Below are positions 45,836 to 54,617 of a stretch of 64,000 bases of DNA, piece after piece. The position numbers were made by a program, and so were the translations under genes. This stretch comes from Planctomycetaceae bacterium UBA2972. GTDB taxonomy: Bacteria; Planctomycetota; Planctomycetia; Pirellulales; Pirellulaceae. The stretch is from contig DEAW01000136.1 of assembly GCA_002348315.1 (NCBI GenBank), forward strand, positions 15,211 through 79,210, given 5' to 3'. Position 1 is the first letter of the stretch, and every line of letters begins with the position of its first letter. The notes below the pieces were generated by a model. The model did no database searches. It was not told where the DNA came from and saw only the letters and a program-made list of their open reading frames with translations.

Positions 45836-46747
45836 ACCGAAGCCGCCACCGCTGAAACCGCTTGAGCTACTACTGAATCCACCGCTGCTATAGCTACTGC
45901 CACTGCTATAAGAATAATCTCCACCGTCATAATTCCCGTTGCCTAGCCGTGGGGAGAGCCAGGCAAGAATAAATACGAAGATTGCAATGATTCCCATCGG
46001 GAAGACTGCCAATACAATCATCGTGATGCCACCCAGCAGACTAAATTTTCTGATGTCGCCACGCAGTTTAATAGCGCAGATTATGGTTACTAAAATACCG
46101 ACGACAAACAGGATGCTTCTCAATATCATTTGGAAGGTGGAGTTTTTAGAGAGCTTGATGAAACTAAAGTCACCTTTAGGTGCTGGGATTGCGATTGCCT
46201 CCCCGAGTGGCCCCGTTTCTGCCATCTTTCCCAGGTGTTCCACTCCGGCGGTAATGCCACCCACGAAATCACCATTTTTGAAATGCGGGATGATGATGTA
46301 GTCCATGATGTCCTGACAGTGATAATCAAACCGGCGTCCCCAATCTTTCCCCAGTTCAATACGGGCTTTTCGGTCGCCCATGGAAACCAGCAAGAGTATT
46401 CCACGGTTATGACCGTCAGTCTCCGAGGTACCGATTTCCCATTGATTGAACCATTCTCTCGCAAACGGTTCGATCGTCGTGGATTCGTATCCATACGATG
46501 CCATGCGAGGAATGATCACGACAATAATCGGAGTGGAATGATCATTGAAAGCAATGTTCTGGAATTTGGTGATTTGAGTTACCGGATTACTTTCCGGTTC
46601 GACGATCCCAACGTAATCATGGATGAAGAACCCCTCACCATCTACGGCAGGTGTTGGTGGAATGTGAATTTGGGCATCGACCGTGACTGTTGTCAGCAAC
46701 AGCCCCACAGTCAACAGGATAGCAGTGAATTCTCGATTCTCATTCAT
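45794..46747 (-). CDS. YgcG-like TPM-domain protein with a TM segment and a Gly/Ser-rich C-terminal tail
   Basis: It has a signal/anchor (FTAILLTVGLLLTTVTVDA) and a TPM-like region (FIHDYVGIV...PIIVVIIPRM...WFNQWEIGT...NRGILLLVSMGDRKARIELG). Two TM segments follow. The tail is ...GGFGGGSSGGGGATGSW. Confidence 0.8.
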   Translation of the reverse strand: MNENREFTAILLTVGLLLTTVTVDAQIHIPPTPAVDGEGFFIHDYVGIVEPESNPVTQITKFQNIAFNDHSTPIIVVIIPRMASYGYESTTIEPFAREWFNQWEIGTSETDGHNRGILLLVSMGDRKARIELGKDWGRRFDYHCQDIMDYIIIPHFKNGDFVGGITAGVEHLGKMAETGPLGEAIAIPAPKGDFSFIKLSKNSTFQMILRSILFVVGILVTIICAIKLRGDIRKFSLLGGITMIVLAVFPMGIIAIFVFILAWLSPRLGNGNYDGGDYSYSSGSSYSSGGFSSSSSGFSGGGFGGGSSGGGGATGSW

Positions 46748-46753
46748 ATGTAA

Positions 46754-46795
46754 CTACCAACTTCCTGTGGCTCCGCCGCCACCACTCGAACCACC
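46754..46795 (-). repeat. Conserved 42-nt 3' coding end shared by the two tandem YgcG-like genes (copy 2)
   Basis: The sequence is CTACCAACTTCCTGTGGCTCCGCCGCCACCACTCGAACCACC. Both copies encode GGSSGGGGATGSW followed by a stop. Confidence 0.8.
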
Positions 46796-47782
46796 GCTGA
46801 AGCCACCACCACTGAAGCCTCCACCTCCTCCGCCACCGCCGTAGCTTCCAAAGGATGTGGAATCAGATTTCCCTAGATTCTCCACCATGCTGAGCAACAA
46901 GTTTTTCCAGAAATCCCAGCTGCTGATTTTTGCAACGAATCTGCGCCAGATTTCAGCGGGTGAAGTGAAGTGTGGTTTGGGCTCCAGACCTTTCTTAATT
47001 CGAATTAGTTTATAGATCACTAGTCCGGGAAGAAGTACGTAGAGAATTAGCGGCAGCATGATCGTGGGTGAGAAGAAGACGGCGATGATCACGGACAATA
47101 CTAAAAATGTTGGCATTACGTTGATCGTCTCACGCTCTCTCCACAGGAATATTGCCAGCATCAGGACAATCGCTAATCCAATCAGGCCAAAGATAACCAG
47201 GGCAGGATTAATAGCAAAAAGTGCCGAGGGTGCTTGTTGAGGACCTGTCGTGGCCATGCTTAGCAGCCGTTTAGTCCCGTGCTCTAACCCTGAAGGGTAG
47301 TCTTCACTTTTAAAATATGGGATCATGCTGTGCTTCATGATTTTCATGCAATGATCATCAAAGCGACGTCCCCAATCTGCACCTAATTCGATACGGCACA
47401 ATCGTTCTTTTCGAATGAAGAGGATTAGAATTCCTTTGTTATCACCCGTTGTGTTTTGTGTTCCGATTTGCCATTGATCGAACCAGAGCTTTGCCATGGC
47501 TTCAATGTCAGCCGGATGGTATCCAAAACGTTTAATCGACTCGATCGTCACAATCACGATGGGCGTATTATGGTCGACGAAAGCCTGTTCCTGATATTGA
47601 GAAATCCTCCGAAATTCACTGCTATTTGGAGGTATGATTCCCGCATAGTCCTGTATGAAAAACCCCTTGCCATTAATTGCCGGGACTGGTGGGATACCAC
47701 TCACTTCATACAACGACGATAGCAGCATGATCAGACAAACGATACTGTTTGCTATGTGCGGACGTTTTTGTAGTGGTGACAT
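46754..47782 (-). CDS. YgcG-like TPM-domain protein, tandem paralogue
   Basis: It has the same architecture (FIQDYAGII...PIVIVTIESI...WFDQWQIGT...NKGILILFIRKERLCRIELG). The tail is ...GGGFSGGGFSGGSSGGGGATGSW. Its stop lies 6 nt before the start of the next paralogue. Confidence 0.8.
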   Translation of the reverse strand: MSPLQKRPHIANSIVCLIMLLSSLYEVSGIPPVPAINGKGFFIQDYAGIIPPNSSEFRRISQYQEQAFVDHNTPIVIVTIESIKRFGYHPADIEAMAKLWFDQWQIGTQNTTGDNKGILILFIRKERLCRIELGADWGRRFDDHCMKIMKHSMIPYFKSEDYPSGLEHGTKRLLSMATTGPQQAPSALFAINPALVIFGLIGLAIVLMLAIFLWRERETINVMPTFLVLSVIIAVFFSPTIMLPLILYVLLPGLVIYKLIRIKKGLEPKPHFTSPAEIWRRFVAKISSWDFWKNLLLSMVENLGKSDSTSFGSYGGGGGGGGFSGGGFSGGSSGGGGATGSW

Positions 47783-48039
47783 TGTTTAATCCAGGTTCAC
47801 GACCGGGGAAGTCGGCTAGTCTCTATTATCAGAGGTGTGATTGTTTTTCCCTGATGGGCGCTGATTCTCTTTTCAATTTGATAGAAAGTGCTGATTTTTA
47901 GAAAGCTGAATCCGTAAATAATGCGCCGATTGCTATCAATTGATGAGTTTCCATTTTGCCAACTCAGTGTAGTTACCTATTGGATTACTCCGATATAATG
48001 AGAGTTAGACTTGTTAACCAATAAGCCATTTGTAACCCG

Positions 48040-49446
48040 ATGCTGTCTATCTTCGATCCCCGACAACCGATCAATCGCCGAGCCATGCTCCAGGTGGGTG
48101 GATTAGGGCTGGCCGGTGCCGCAGGACTGGATTTATCGACGCTCCTGGCAGCCAAAGCCGAGAAGAATCACTACACGACTGGTAAGTCTGTTATTTTTCT
48201 GTTGCAGCACGGTGGGCCTACTCAGCATGAAACGTTCGATCCAAAGATGGATGTGGACGAAGCTATACGTACGGTTGGTGGAGTAACGCAAACGAGCATT
48301 CCCGGAGTGCATTTCGGTAGTACCATGTCTCGCTTAGCAGCTCTGGCAGATAAATTGGCCATCGTACGTTCGTATGTCGGCGGCAGTAGTGCTCATGGCA
48401 TTCGCCCCATCGTCAGTAATGCCTCGCTCAAGGCTAATCTGGGATCCATCTATGCTCGCCTGGCTGGTACCAATCATTCTCGGACGGGTATTCCCACCAA
48501 TATTGCGATTGACCCGACGGCTGTTGAACCTGAAGACAACGGCCCGGATGTTCGATTTGGAACATTCGTCCAGACCGGTGAACTTGAAAAAATGTATGAG
48601 CCATTCGTGCCGGGGGGTGGATCCAATCTGCAGAAGAACATGCGACTGGCTTTACCTATTTCACGATTTGATAATCGTAAAGGGCTGCTGCAATCGCTTG
48701 ACGGATTGAAAAATGAAATCGACAGCACGGGTGTTTTGGAAGGAGTCGGCAGATTTCGTGAACAGGCATACGACATGTTGATTCGTGGGGTCGCCGAAGC
48801 CTTTGATGTTACGAAAGAAGACCCTGCCACGCTTGCCCGTTATGATACTTCGCAGTTCATCAATGATACTAAATATACAGATAAGACCAACGGCAAGAGC
48901 GGACGTCATTGGTATCAGACCAATGCCCGAACCCTGGGGCGTCTACTCTTGTTAGCTCGGCGGCTTTGTGAAGCCGGCGCGGGATTTGTGACTGTCACCA
49001 GTCAATTCGTTTGGGATATGCATGCCGACCAAAACAATCTGGGAGTTGCCCGGGGGATGGAAGCGGTAGGTAATCCCTTTGACCACGCCGTCTCTGCATT
49101 TATTGAAGACTGCGAAGCACGTGGATTGAGTGATGACATCCTGTTAGTCACCACGGGCGAAATGGGTCGCACTCCGCGAATCAACAAGCGGGGCGGCCGG
49201 GACCACTGGGGAGGACTTACCCCGCTGATGCTTTACGGTGGCGGAGTGACTCATGGTCAGGTGATCGGGCAATCAGCGAAGGATGGTGGTGAGCCAATCT
49301 CTTCGGCCTGGAAAAATCAAAACCTGATTGCAACAATGCTGCACACACTGTTTGATATTGGTGAACTACGCCTCGAGTCCGGACTTCCCGTGGACCTTGT
49401 GCGTTTTGCGACCACCGGTACTCCAATCGCCGGACTTACCGGCTAA
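48040..49446 (+). CDS. DUF1501 protein (Tat signal), with no PSCyt/PSD partner adjacent
   Basis: It has NRRAMLQVGGLGLAGAAGLDL, VIFLLQHGGPTQHETFDPKMD, TTGEMGRTP, GRDHWG and LMLYGGGVTHG. The upstream 257 nt are non-coding and the upstream gene is divergent. Confidence 0.85.
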   Translation: MLSIFDPRQPINRRAMLQVGGLGLAGAAGLDLSTLLAAKAEKNHYTTGKSVIFLLQHGGPTQHETFDPKMDVDEAIRTVGGVTQTSIPGVHFGSTMSRLAALADKLAIVRSYVGGSSAHGIRPIVSNASLKANLGSIYARLAGTNHSRTGIPTNIAIDPTAVEPEDNGPDVRFGTFVQTGELEKMYEPFVPGGGSNLQKNMRLALPISRFDNRKGLLQSLDGLKNEIDSTGVLEGVGRFREQAYDMLIRGVAEAFDVTKEDPATLARYDTSQFINDTKYTDKTNGKSGRHWYQTNARTLGRLLLLARRLCEAGAGFVTVTSQFVWDMHADQNNLGVARGMEAVGNPFDHAVSAFIEDCEARGLSDDILLVTTGEMGRTPRINKRGGRDHWGGLTPLMLYGGGVTHGQVIGQSAKDGGEPISSAWKNQNLIATMLHTLFDIGELRLESGLPVDLVRFATTGTPIAGLTG

Positions 49447-49450
49447 CAAG

Positions 49451-50572
49451 TTACTTGGCAGCCGTATCCGGTTTTTGATCCAATTCTCCGCAAAGCTGAA
49501 GTGCACGCAGTGGATAAAAAGAACCGCTGTACGTGATAAAGTGTGGACCGTCGGTATTAAGTGACCGGGTCCACCAGCGTCCGGACTCACGCTGATTCGT
49601 TTTAATCCATTGAATACCAGATTGAATCGCATTGTGATCGGCGGGAATTCCAGCTTCCCGGAGCAGCATGATCGCAAGACCGGTTTGATGCCCGTCGCTC
49701 GGAGGTGCATCTTTCTCAGGTTCTGCATTTAGCTTGTCCTTGCGACTACCACCTCCCCAGGTTTCCGGAGTTGCAAAAGTACGCATCGCCCAACCACCAT
49801 CATCCTGTTGGTGCTTGAGAATCAATTCAATGGTGGCAGATTGTTGCTCTTTGGTCTGTAGCCCGTCCCACTTTAAGGATGCCCAGAATAACAGTAGCTT
49901 GCCATAGTCGTGGGGAGGCTTGGTGTTTTGCAAGTAGGACTTGAGCGTATCAATACTCTTTTGCTGCTCTTCGGTTACCTGCTGAAGATATCCGGGCGCA
50001 ATTGCCAGAGCCATGGCTGCCACTGTTGCGCCGTGATAGGAACTTGACTCAAACGGAGGCCAGCAGGTGATGTTATTGAAACTGCCATCTTCGGATTGAA
50101 CGGTGAGTAACAGGTCGAGCGATTCTTTCGTTTCGGCAGACAGGTTTCCTTTGCTTTGGTCGTAGGCAGCGAGTCCGTTGGCTACATAAGCCAGAGCCGT
50201 TGGTTTTAGACCGGATTTAATGGCGGTAAGCGGCGCACGCTTGAACTTGGCCAGTTCCAGCAAAAAGAATTGTCGGTGGTCTTCCACTTGCGTATTGAAG
50301 AGTGGTCCAAGTCCAGGAGCTAATTGCATAAACGTTCCGTTAGTGTGACAGGAAACACATTTGCGGTTTTCACTCCAGGCTTGACTACTCTGAGTGAGAT
50401 AGTCTTTCGCTGCTGCAAGAGAAAATGACGATCGAACCGGCTCGTCGGCTTTAGCCGCAACGACTTCGATGTTCCCGGATTTATACTGAGGGGTTTCCGC
50501 ATGAACATGGCTGGATAGACTCACGAGACTAATTGCGACCATTGTCAGGATTGGGAAGAATACATGTTTCAT
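49451..50572 (-). CDS. Secreted protein with a single CxxCH motif and prenyltransferase/squalene-cyclase-like alpha/alpha-toroid repeats
   Basis: ATG 50572 gives the signal MKHVFFPILTMVAISLVSLSSHVHA. The heme motif is CVSCH. Three Q-x-x-[DS]-G-x-[WF] repeats are present: VQSEDGSFNN, HQQDDGGWAMR, NQRESGRWW. The function is tentative. Confidence 0.55.
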   Translation of the reverse strand: MKHVFFPILTMVAISLVSLSSHVHAETPQYKSGNIEVVAAKADEPVRSSFSLAAAKDYLTQSSQAWSENRKCVSCHTNGTFMQLAPGLGPLFNTQVEDHRQFFLLELAKFKRAPLTAIKSGLKPTALAYVANGLAAYDQSKGNLSAETKESLDLLLTVQSEDGSFNNITCWPPFESSSYHGATVAAMALAIAPGYLQQVTEEQQKSIDTLKSYLQNTKPPHDYGKLLLFWASLKWDGLQTKEQQSATIELILKHQQDDGGWAMRTFATPETWGGGSRKDKLNAEPEKDAPPSDGHQTGLAIMLLREAGIPADHNAIQSGIQWIKTNQRESGRWWTRSLNTDGPHFITYSGSFYPLRALQLCGELDQKPDTAAK

Positions 50573-50736
50573 GGAATTAGTTTCCGTACGGCGAAGATCT
50601 GAATTGTTTATGGCATGGTTCATCCTAACAGAATGACATGGCGGATTCTAAGATTTTGTTGAAGAGTCGCACGGGCAGCCTCACCCCTCTGGTTGCGTAT
50701 TGGCCGCAGGCAACTCAGAATAAACTAGTTGGATTT

Positions 50737-50746
50737 CCCCCCCCCC
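50737..50746. repeat. Homopolymeric C10 tract in a divergent intergenic region
   Basis: In ggatttCCCCCCCCCCgttc the ten C residues are counted directly. The tract ends 25 nt before the GTG start of sulfatase 50772 and lies 114-165 nt upstream of the divergent gene. Confidence 0.95.
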
Positions 50747-50771
50747 GTTCATTTTTGGGAAGCATTAAATC

Positions 50772-52379
50772 GTGAAACGCTTTGCTCTGAAGACTCTGTT
50801 GTTGATGATGCTGGCCTCCAGTGTTCTGGCCACAGAGAAACGACCGAATATCGTTTTTATTTTTACAGATGATCATGCCCCTCATGCCATTGGTGCCTAT
50901 GACGGGTGGTTGAAAGAGGTGAACCCGACTCCGAATATCGATCAGTTGGCAGCGCAGGGGATGCTGTTCCGTAACAGTTTTTGTACGAATTCCATCTGCG
51001 GTCCCAGCCGCGCCGTGATTCAGACCGGTAAGCATAGCCATAAGAACGGGTTTCGTAATAACGGTGATAAATTTAATTGGGCTCAACAGACGTTTCCAAA
51101 ATTGCTTCAGGCGGTAGGGTATGAAACGGCGATCTATGGTAAAAGTCATCTCGCCGGTAAACCTCAGGGGTACGATAAATGGGTGGTGTTGCCGGGCCAG
51201 GGATTATATTACAACCCTGATTTTCTGACGCCCGAAGGCAAGATCACGATCGAAGGTTATTGCACCGACATCGTCACCGATATGGGCGTTGAATATTTAA
51301 CGTCGGGACGTGATAAAGATAAGCCTTTTTTGTTGATGGTTCAGCATAAAGCTCCCCACCGCTGTTGGATGCCCGCCACGCGTCACCTCAACCTGTATGA
51401 CGATATTTCCATTCCGGAGCCAGCTACTTTATTCGATGACTATAAAGACAACGCTCCGCCGGCACGTTTTCAGGAACTGGAAATCGATCGCCACATGGAT
51501 CCACACTATGACCTGTTTCTGGACCTGATTCCGACTGAAAAACCGGAAGCCATTCAGCAACGTCAGGATCGCAGCGCGTGGGTCAACCTGCAACGCTTTA
51601 CGCCCGACCAATTAAAAGTCTGGCGTGACGCCTGGGAGCCAAAAGATAAAGCATTTCATGAAGCCAATCTAAGTGGTAAAGATCTGGTGCGTTGGAAGTT
51701 CCAGCGATATGCCAAAAACTATTTGCGATGCGTCAAAGGTGTGGATGAAAGCGTTGGACGCATCATGCAAACGCTACGGGACGAAGGCCTGGCAGACAAC
51801 ACCGTCGTTGTTTACTGTTCCGATCAGGGGTTCTATGTCGGTGACCACGGTTGGTATGACAAACGCTGGATGTATGACGAATCGATGAAGATGCCGTTTG
51901 TGATTAAATGGCCTGAAGTCATTAAGCCGGGCTCGGTCGATGAGCACTTAATTCAAAATATTGATTACGCCGCCACGTTTCTGGAAATGGCAGGCGCTGA
52001 AGTCCCTGACGATATTCAGGGTGAGTCTCTCGTTCCACTGCTCAAAGGAGAGGCTGCTGAGGATTGGAGATCGTCGCTTTACTACCACTACTATGAATTC
52101 CCCAGCGTGCATATGGTTCCACGACATTATGGAATTAGAACCGAACGATTTAAGCTGATGCATTTTTATGAATTTGGTGAAGAGTGGGAATTCTACGACC
52201 TGGAAAAAGACCCCGACGAGCTTAAGAATCTTTACGGTAAAGATCGTTACTCGAAACTGATTGAAGATCATAAAGCTCAGCTGACAGCGCTTCAGGAGAA
52301 ATACGAAGAGGATAGCGACATCTCTGAAAAACCTTTGGATTGGCAGCTGAAACAACGTAAAGGCTGGGTTAAGAAATAA
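50772..52379 (+). CDS. Secreted sulfatase
   Basis: Signal peptide is MKRFALKTLLLMMLASSVLATE. It has PNIVFIFTDDHAPH, C-G-P-S-R + AVIQTGKHSH, CSDQGFYVGDHGW and WEFYDLEKDPDELKNLY. Confidence 0.9.
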   Translation: MKRFALKTLLLMMLASSVLATEKRPNIVFIFTDDHAPHAIGAYDGWLKEVNPTPNIDQLAAQGMLFRNSFCTNSICGPSRAVIQTGKHSHKNGFRNNGDKFNWAQQTFPKLLQAVGYETAIYGKSHLAGKPQGYDKWVVLPGQGLYYNPDFLTPEGKITIEGYCTDIVTDMGVEYLTSGRDKDKPFLLMVQHKAPHRCWMPATRHLNLYDDISIPEPATLFDDYKDNAPPARFQELEIDRHMDPHYDLFLDLIPTEKPEAIQQRQDRSAWVNLQRFTPDQLKVWRDAWEPKDKAFHEANLSGKDLVRWKFQRYAKNYLRCVKGVDESVGRIMQTLRDEGLADNTVVVYCSDQGFYVGDHGWYDKRWMYDESMKMPFVIKWPEVIKPGSVDEHLIQNIDYAATFLEMAGAEVPDDIQGESLVPLLKGEAAEDWRSSLYYHYYEFPSVHMVPRHYGIRTERFKLMHFYEFGEEWEFYDLEKDPDELKNLYGKDRYSKLIEDHKAQLTALQEKYEEDSDISEKPLDWQLKQRKGWVKK

Positions 52380-53296
52380 TGCTCCGTCTACTTCTAGCCA
52401 GCTTGTTTCTGTTTCCCAATATCTCTTCAGCCCGGCATCCGCGGCCAACACCGAAAGGATTTAGTTGGGTCAGTCCGGGATCAGAGAAATTGGTTAGTTC
52501 GATCTCCAGAAAGATTCGGCATCGAACCTTTCAGAGTCCGTCGATGGGAATCGAAGTCGGGTACTATGTCTATCTACCCCCCGGATACTATCAGCCTGAG
52601 AATAAACAACGTCGTTATCCGGTCGTTTACAATCTGCACGGCGGCCGACCGGGCGGCGAATATAAGATGATTGCGATTCACCGATTCGTGGACGCTGCCA
52701 TTCGAGCCGGAAAGATTGAACCGGTCATTTACGTGTTTCCCAATGGAGGCCCGATGAGCTGGTATAACTATCCCCGATTTGAAAATGGACAAGGGGAAGA
52801 TGTCTTTATTAAAGAAACGATCCCGCACATCGATAAGCAGTTTCGGACAGTGGCTCGCCGCGAAGGTCGAGGCCTACAGGGGTACTCCCAGGGAGGACGC
52901 GGGACGACGCGAATCATGTTCAAATATCCCGAATTGTTTGGTTCCGTGGCTCCCGGAGGTGCGGGCTTTGCAACGGAGAAAACAATCCAGGAAAACGACG
53001 GGACTGAATCGGAATTAATCCAATTCGCATCAGGTGATAACACCTGGGACCTGGCCAGAAAATATGCCGCTCGCACTCAGGCTCCACCCTTGCGACCGCT
53101 CATTTGGGTTGGTGCAGACGAAGCCAATTATCAATCAAATCTGGATTTTATGAATTATTTAGACGAATTGGGAATCCCTTACCAGAAGCTGGTCGCCCCG
53201 GACATCGGTCATCATGCAGGACGAATCTATGAAATTCGTGGAGACGTCCTTCTTAAATTTCACGACGCTAATTTCAAACGTCTGCTCAAGCAGTGA
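52379..53296 (+). CDS. Secreted alpha/beta-hydrolase esterase (putative esterase / esterase D-like family)
   Basis: The ATG overlaps the sulfatase TAA by 1 nt (TAATG). It has YPVVYNLHGG and the nucleophile elbow GYSQGG (G-x-S-x-G). Confidence 0.75.
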   Translation: MLRLLLASLFLFPNISSARHPRPTPKGFSWVSPGSEKLVSSISRKIRHRTFQSPSMGIEVGYYVYLPPGYYQPENKQRRYPVVYNLHGGRPGGEYKMIAIHRFVDAAIRAGKIEPVIYVFPNGGPMSWYNYPRFENGQGEDVFIKETIPHIDKQFRTVARREGRGLQGYSQGGRGTTRIMFKYPELFGSVAPGGAGFATEKTIQENDGTESELIQFASGDNTWDLARKYAARTQAPPLRPLIWVGADEANYQSNLDFMNYLDELGIPYQKLVAPDIGHHAGRIYEIRGDVLLKFHDANFKRLLKQ

Positions 53297-53425
53297 TTCT
53301 TACTGGGATTTGTAAGGCTCAAACATTTATTAGGTAATGCTCGTTTTTTGCGCCCCGAATTTGCTGAAATTGGCACCTCTTTAAATAGTGGAATATTTGT
53401 CCTGAGCAAAACCTGGAGTTCTGCC

Positions 53426-54454
53426 ATGAATCGTCTTGTATTAAGTGCGTTGCTGAGTCTGTTAGTTTTATCACTGGGTTGCGAGTTTGAATCGGAGCGA
53501 GAAGCAGCTCAAAGAAAGCGGGAGGCAGAACTGGAGGAGAATCTTGAGGGACTGTTAGATGCCTTTGCCGATGCAATTGAGGAGGCCGGCGAGTCGGATT
53601 CGAGTGACTACGATTTTGGCGAACTTTCACCGATTGCGAAGGTTGTTCGCGAGGCGGAAGGACTTAATGAAGAGTTTTTCAGTGAATACTCTGCAACGGC
53701 GGAAGGAGATTACGGTAACTTCTCAGAAGCCAGCGACATGATTCTTGAACTGATTGAGAATCATAGTAAAGAAGAATTAATGCCTTATCGGAGAGATATA
53801 AATAGTATTCTCTACAACGGTGCTTGTGCTTACAGCCTGTCGAAGGATGTCGAGAAAGCACTCTCCACACTAAAACTCGCTGTGGATTATGGTTGGAATG
53901 ATCATGCTCATACGCTGGTTGATCCGGATTTGGAGAATCTGAGGGCGACAGCGGGCTTTAAGAAATTCAATGCCGAGTACTCAGAGACCATCGAACGTCA
54001 GGCTAGCGAGAATATCCCCGACGAAGTTTCTTTTCCTTTTGATTTTAAGCTGACCGGAATTGATGGCGAACCTGTCAGTTTGGCTGATCATAAAGGTAAA
54101 GTGGTCATCGTTGATTTCTGGGGTACCTGGTGTCCACCTTGTCGAGCAGAGATCCCGTCATTCATACGATTGCAAAATGAGTTCGGTGAAGAAGGCTTCC
54201 AAATGATAGGTCTCAATTACGAAGGTGGAGACACAGACTCTGATACAGCCAAGGTCAAGCAATATGTCACGAGCGAGGGAATTAACTATCCCTGTGCTCT
54301 GGGTGATGATGCAACCCAAAACCAGGTTCCCGGCTTTAATGGCTATCCCACGACACTGTTTATCGACAAGACCGGAAAAGTACGACATAGACTCGTTGGA
54401 TTACATCAGTATCAGGATCTTTCGGTTATCGTCAAAAAACTACTGGCCGAATGA
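53426..54454 (+). CDS. TlpA-like thioredoxin-fold lipoprotein with an N-terminal helical (TPR-like) domain
   Basis: ATG 53426 is preceded by GGAG 9 nt upstream. The lipobox is LVLSLGC. The redox motif is WGTWCPPCRAEIP, and YPTTLFIDKTGKV contains the cis-Pro region. Confidence 0.85.
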   Translation: MNRLVLSALLSLLVLSLGCEFESEREAAQRKREAELEENLEGLLDAFADAIEEAGESDSSDYDFGELSPIAKVVREAEGLNEEFFSEYSATAEGDYGNFSEASDMILELIENHSKEELMPYRRDINSILYNGACAYSLSKDVEKALSTLKLAVDYGWNDHAHTLVDPDLENLRATAGFKKFNAEYSETIERQASENIPDEVSFPFDFKLTGIDGEPVSLADHKGKVVIVDFWGTWCPPCRAEIPSFIRLQNEFGEEGFQMIGLNYEGGDTDSDTAKVKQYVTSEGINYPCALGDDATQNQVPGFNGYPTTLFIDKTGKVRHRLVGLHQYQDLSVIVKKLLAE

Positions 54455-54617
54455 TACGCCGCAGACCCGGAACAAAAAGTCAGCTCTTTCATTTTGGGGT
54501 TTCCTCTCGACCCTATTGACACATAAACGACGATTGCTAGTCTATGAAACAATGTTTATATGTTGTTTTCGATGCAGTTGAGGGTATACGGGTGCCGTCA
54601 AAGCGAGGTGGGATTCA

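Noticed and set aside
45563-45930. Long ORFs overlapping the 3' end of the YgcG-like gene: 45563..45865 +, 45586..45855 +, and the first 54 codons of track ORF 45091..45930 -
   Set aside because: They are alternative-frame or antisense readings of the GGN/AGY-rich Gly/Ser tail coding sequence, which is naturally stop-poor. Their translations are low-complexity (AVAIAAVDSVVAQAVSAVAASVVV...). The TPM gene is better started at GTG 45768, after the upstream stop.
46130-46753. 207-aa + strand ORF, and similar ones at 45939..46301 and 47456..47722, antisense to the YgcG-like genes
   Set aside because: They lie entirely inside well-supported minus-strand genes. They have no recognisable motifs and no start context. 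They are typical antisense ORFs of codon-biased genes.
47994-47999. Perfect TATAAT hexamer 40 nt upstream of the orphan DUF1501 start
   Set aside because: There is no acceptable -35 element at 16-18 nt (AGTTAC/GTTACC) and no TG extension. Promoter consensus in this lineage is uncertain, so one hexamer in AT-rich spacer DNA is insufficient.
54516-54544. TTGACA followed 16-17 nt later by TAGTCT/AGTCTA upstream of the 54618 ORF
   Set aside because: The -35 element is perfect but the -10 element matches only about 3 of 6 positions. That is too weak to annotate as a promoter without transcript data.
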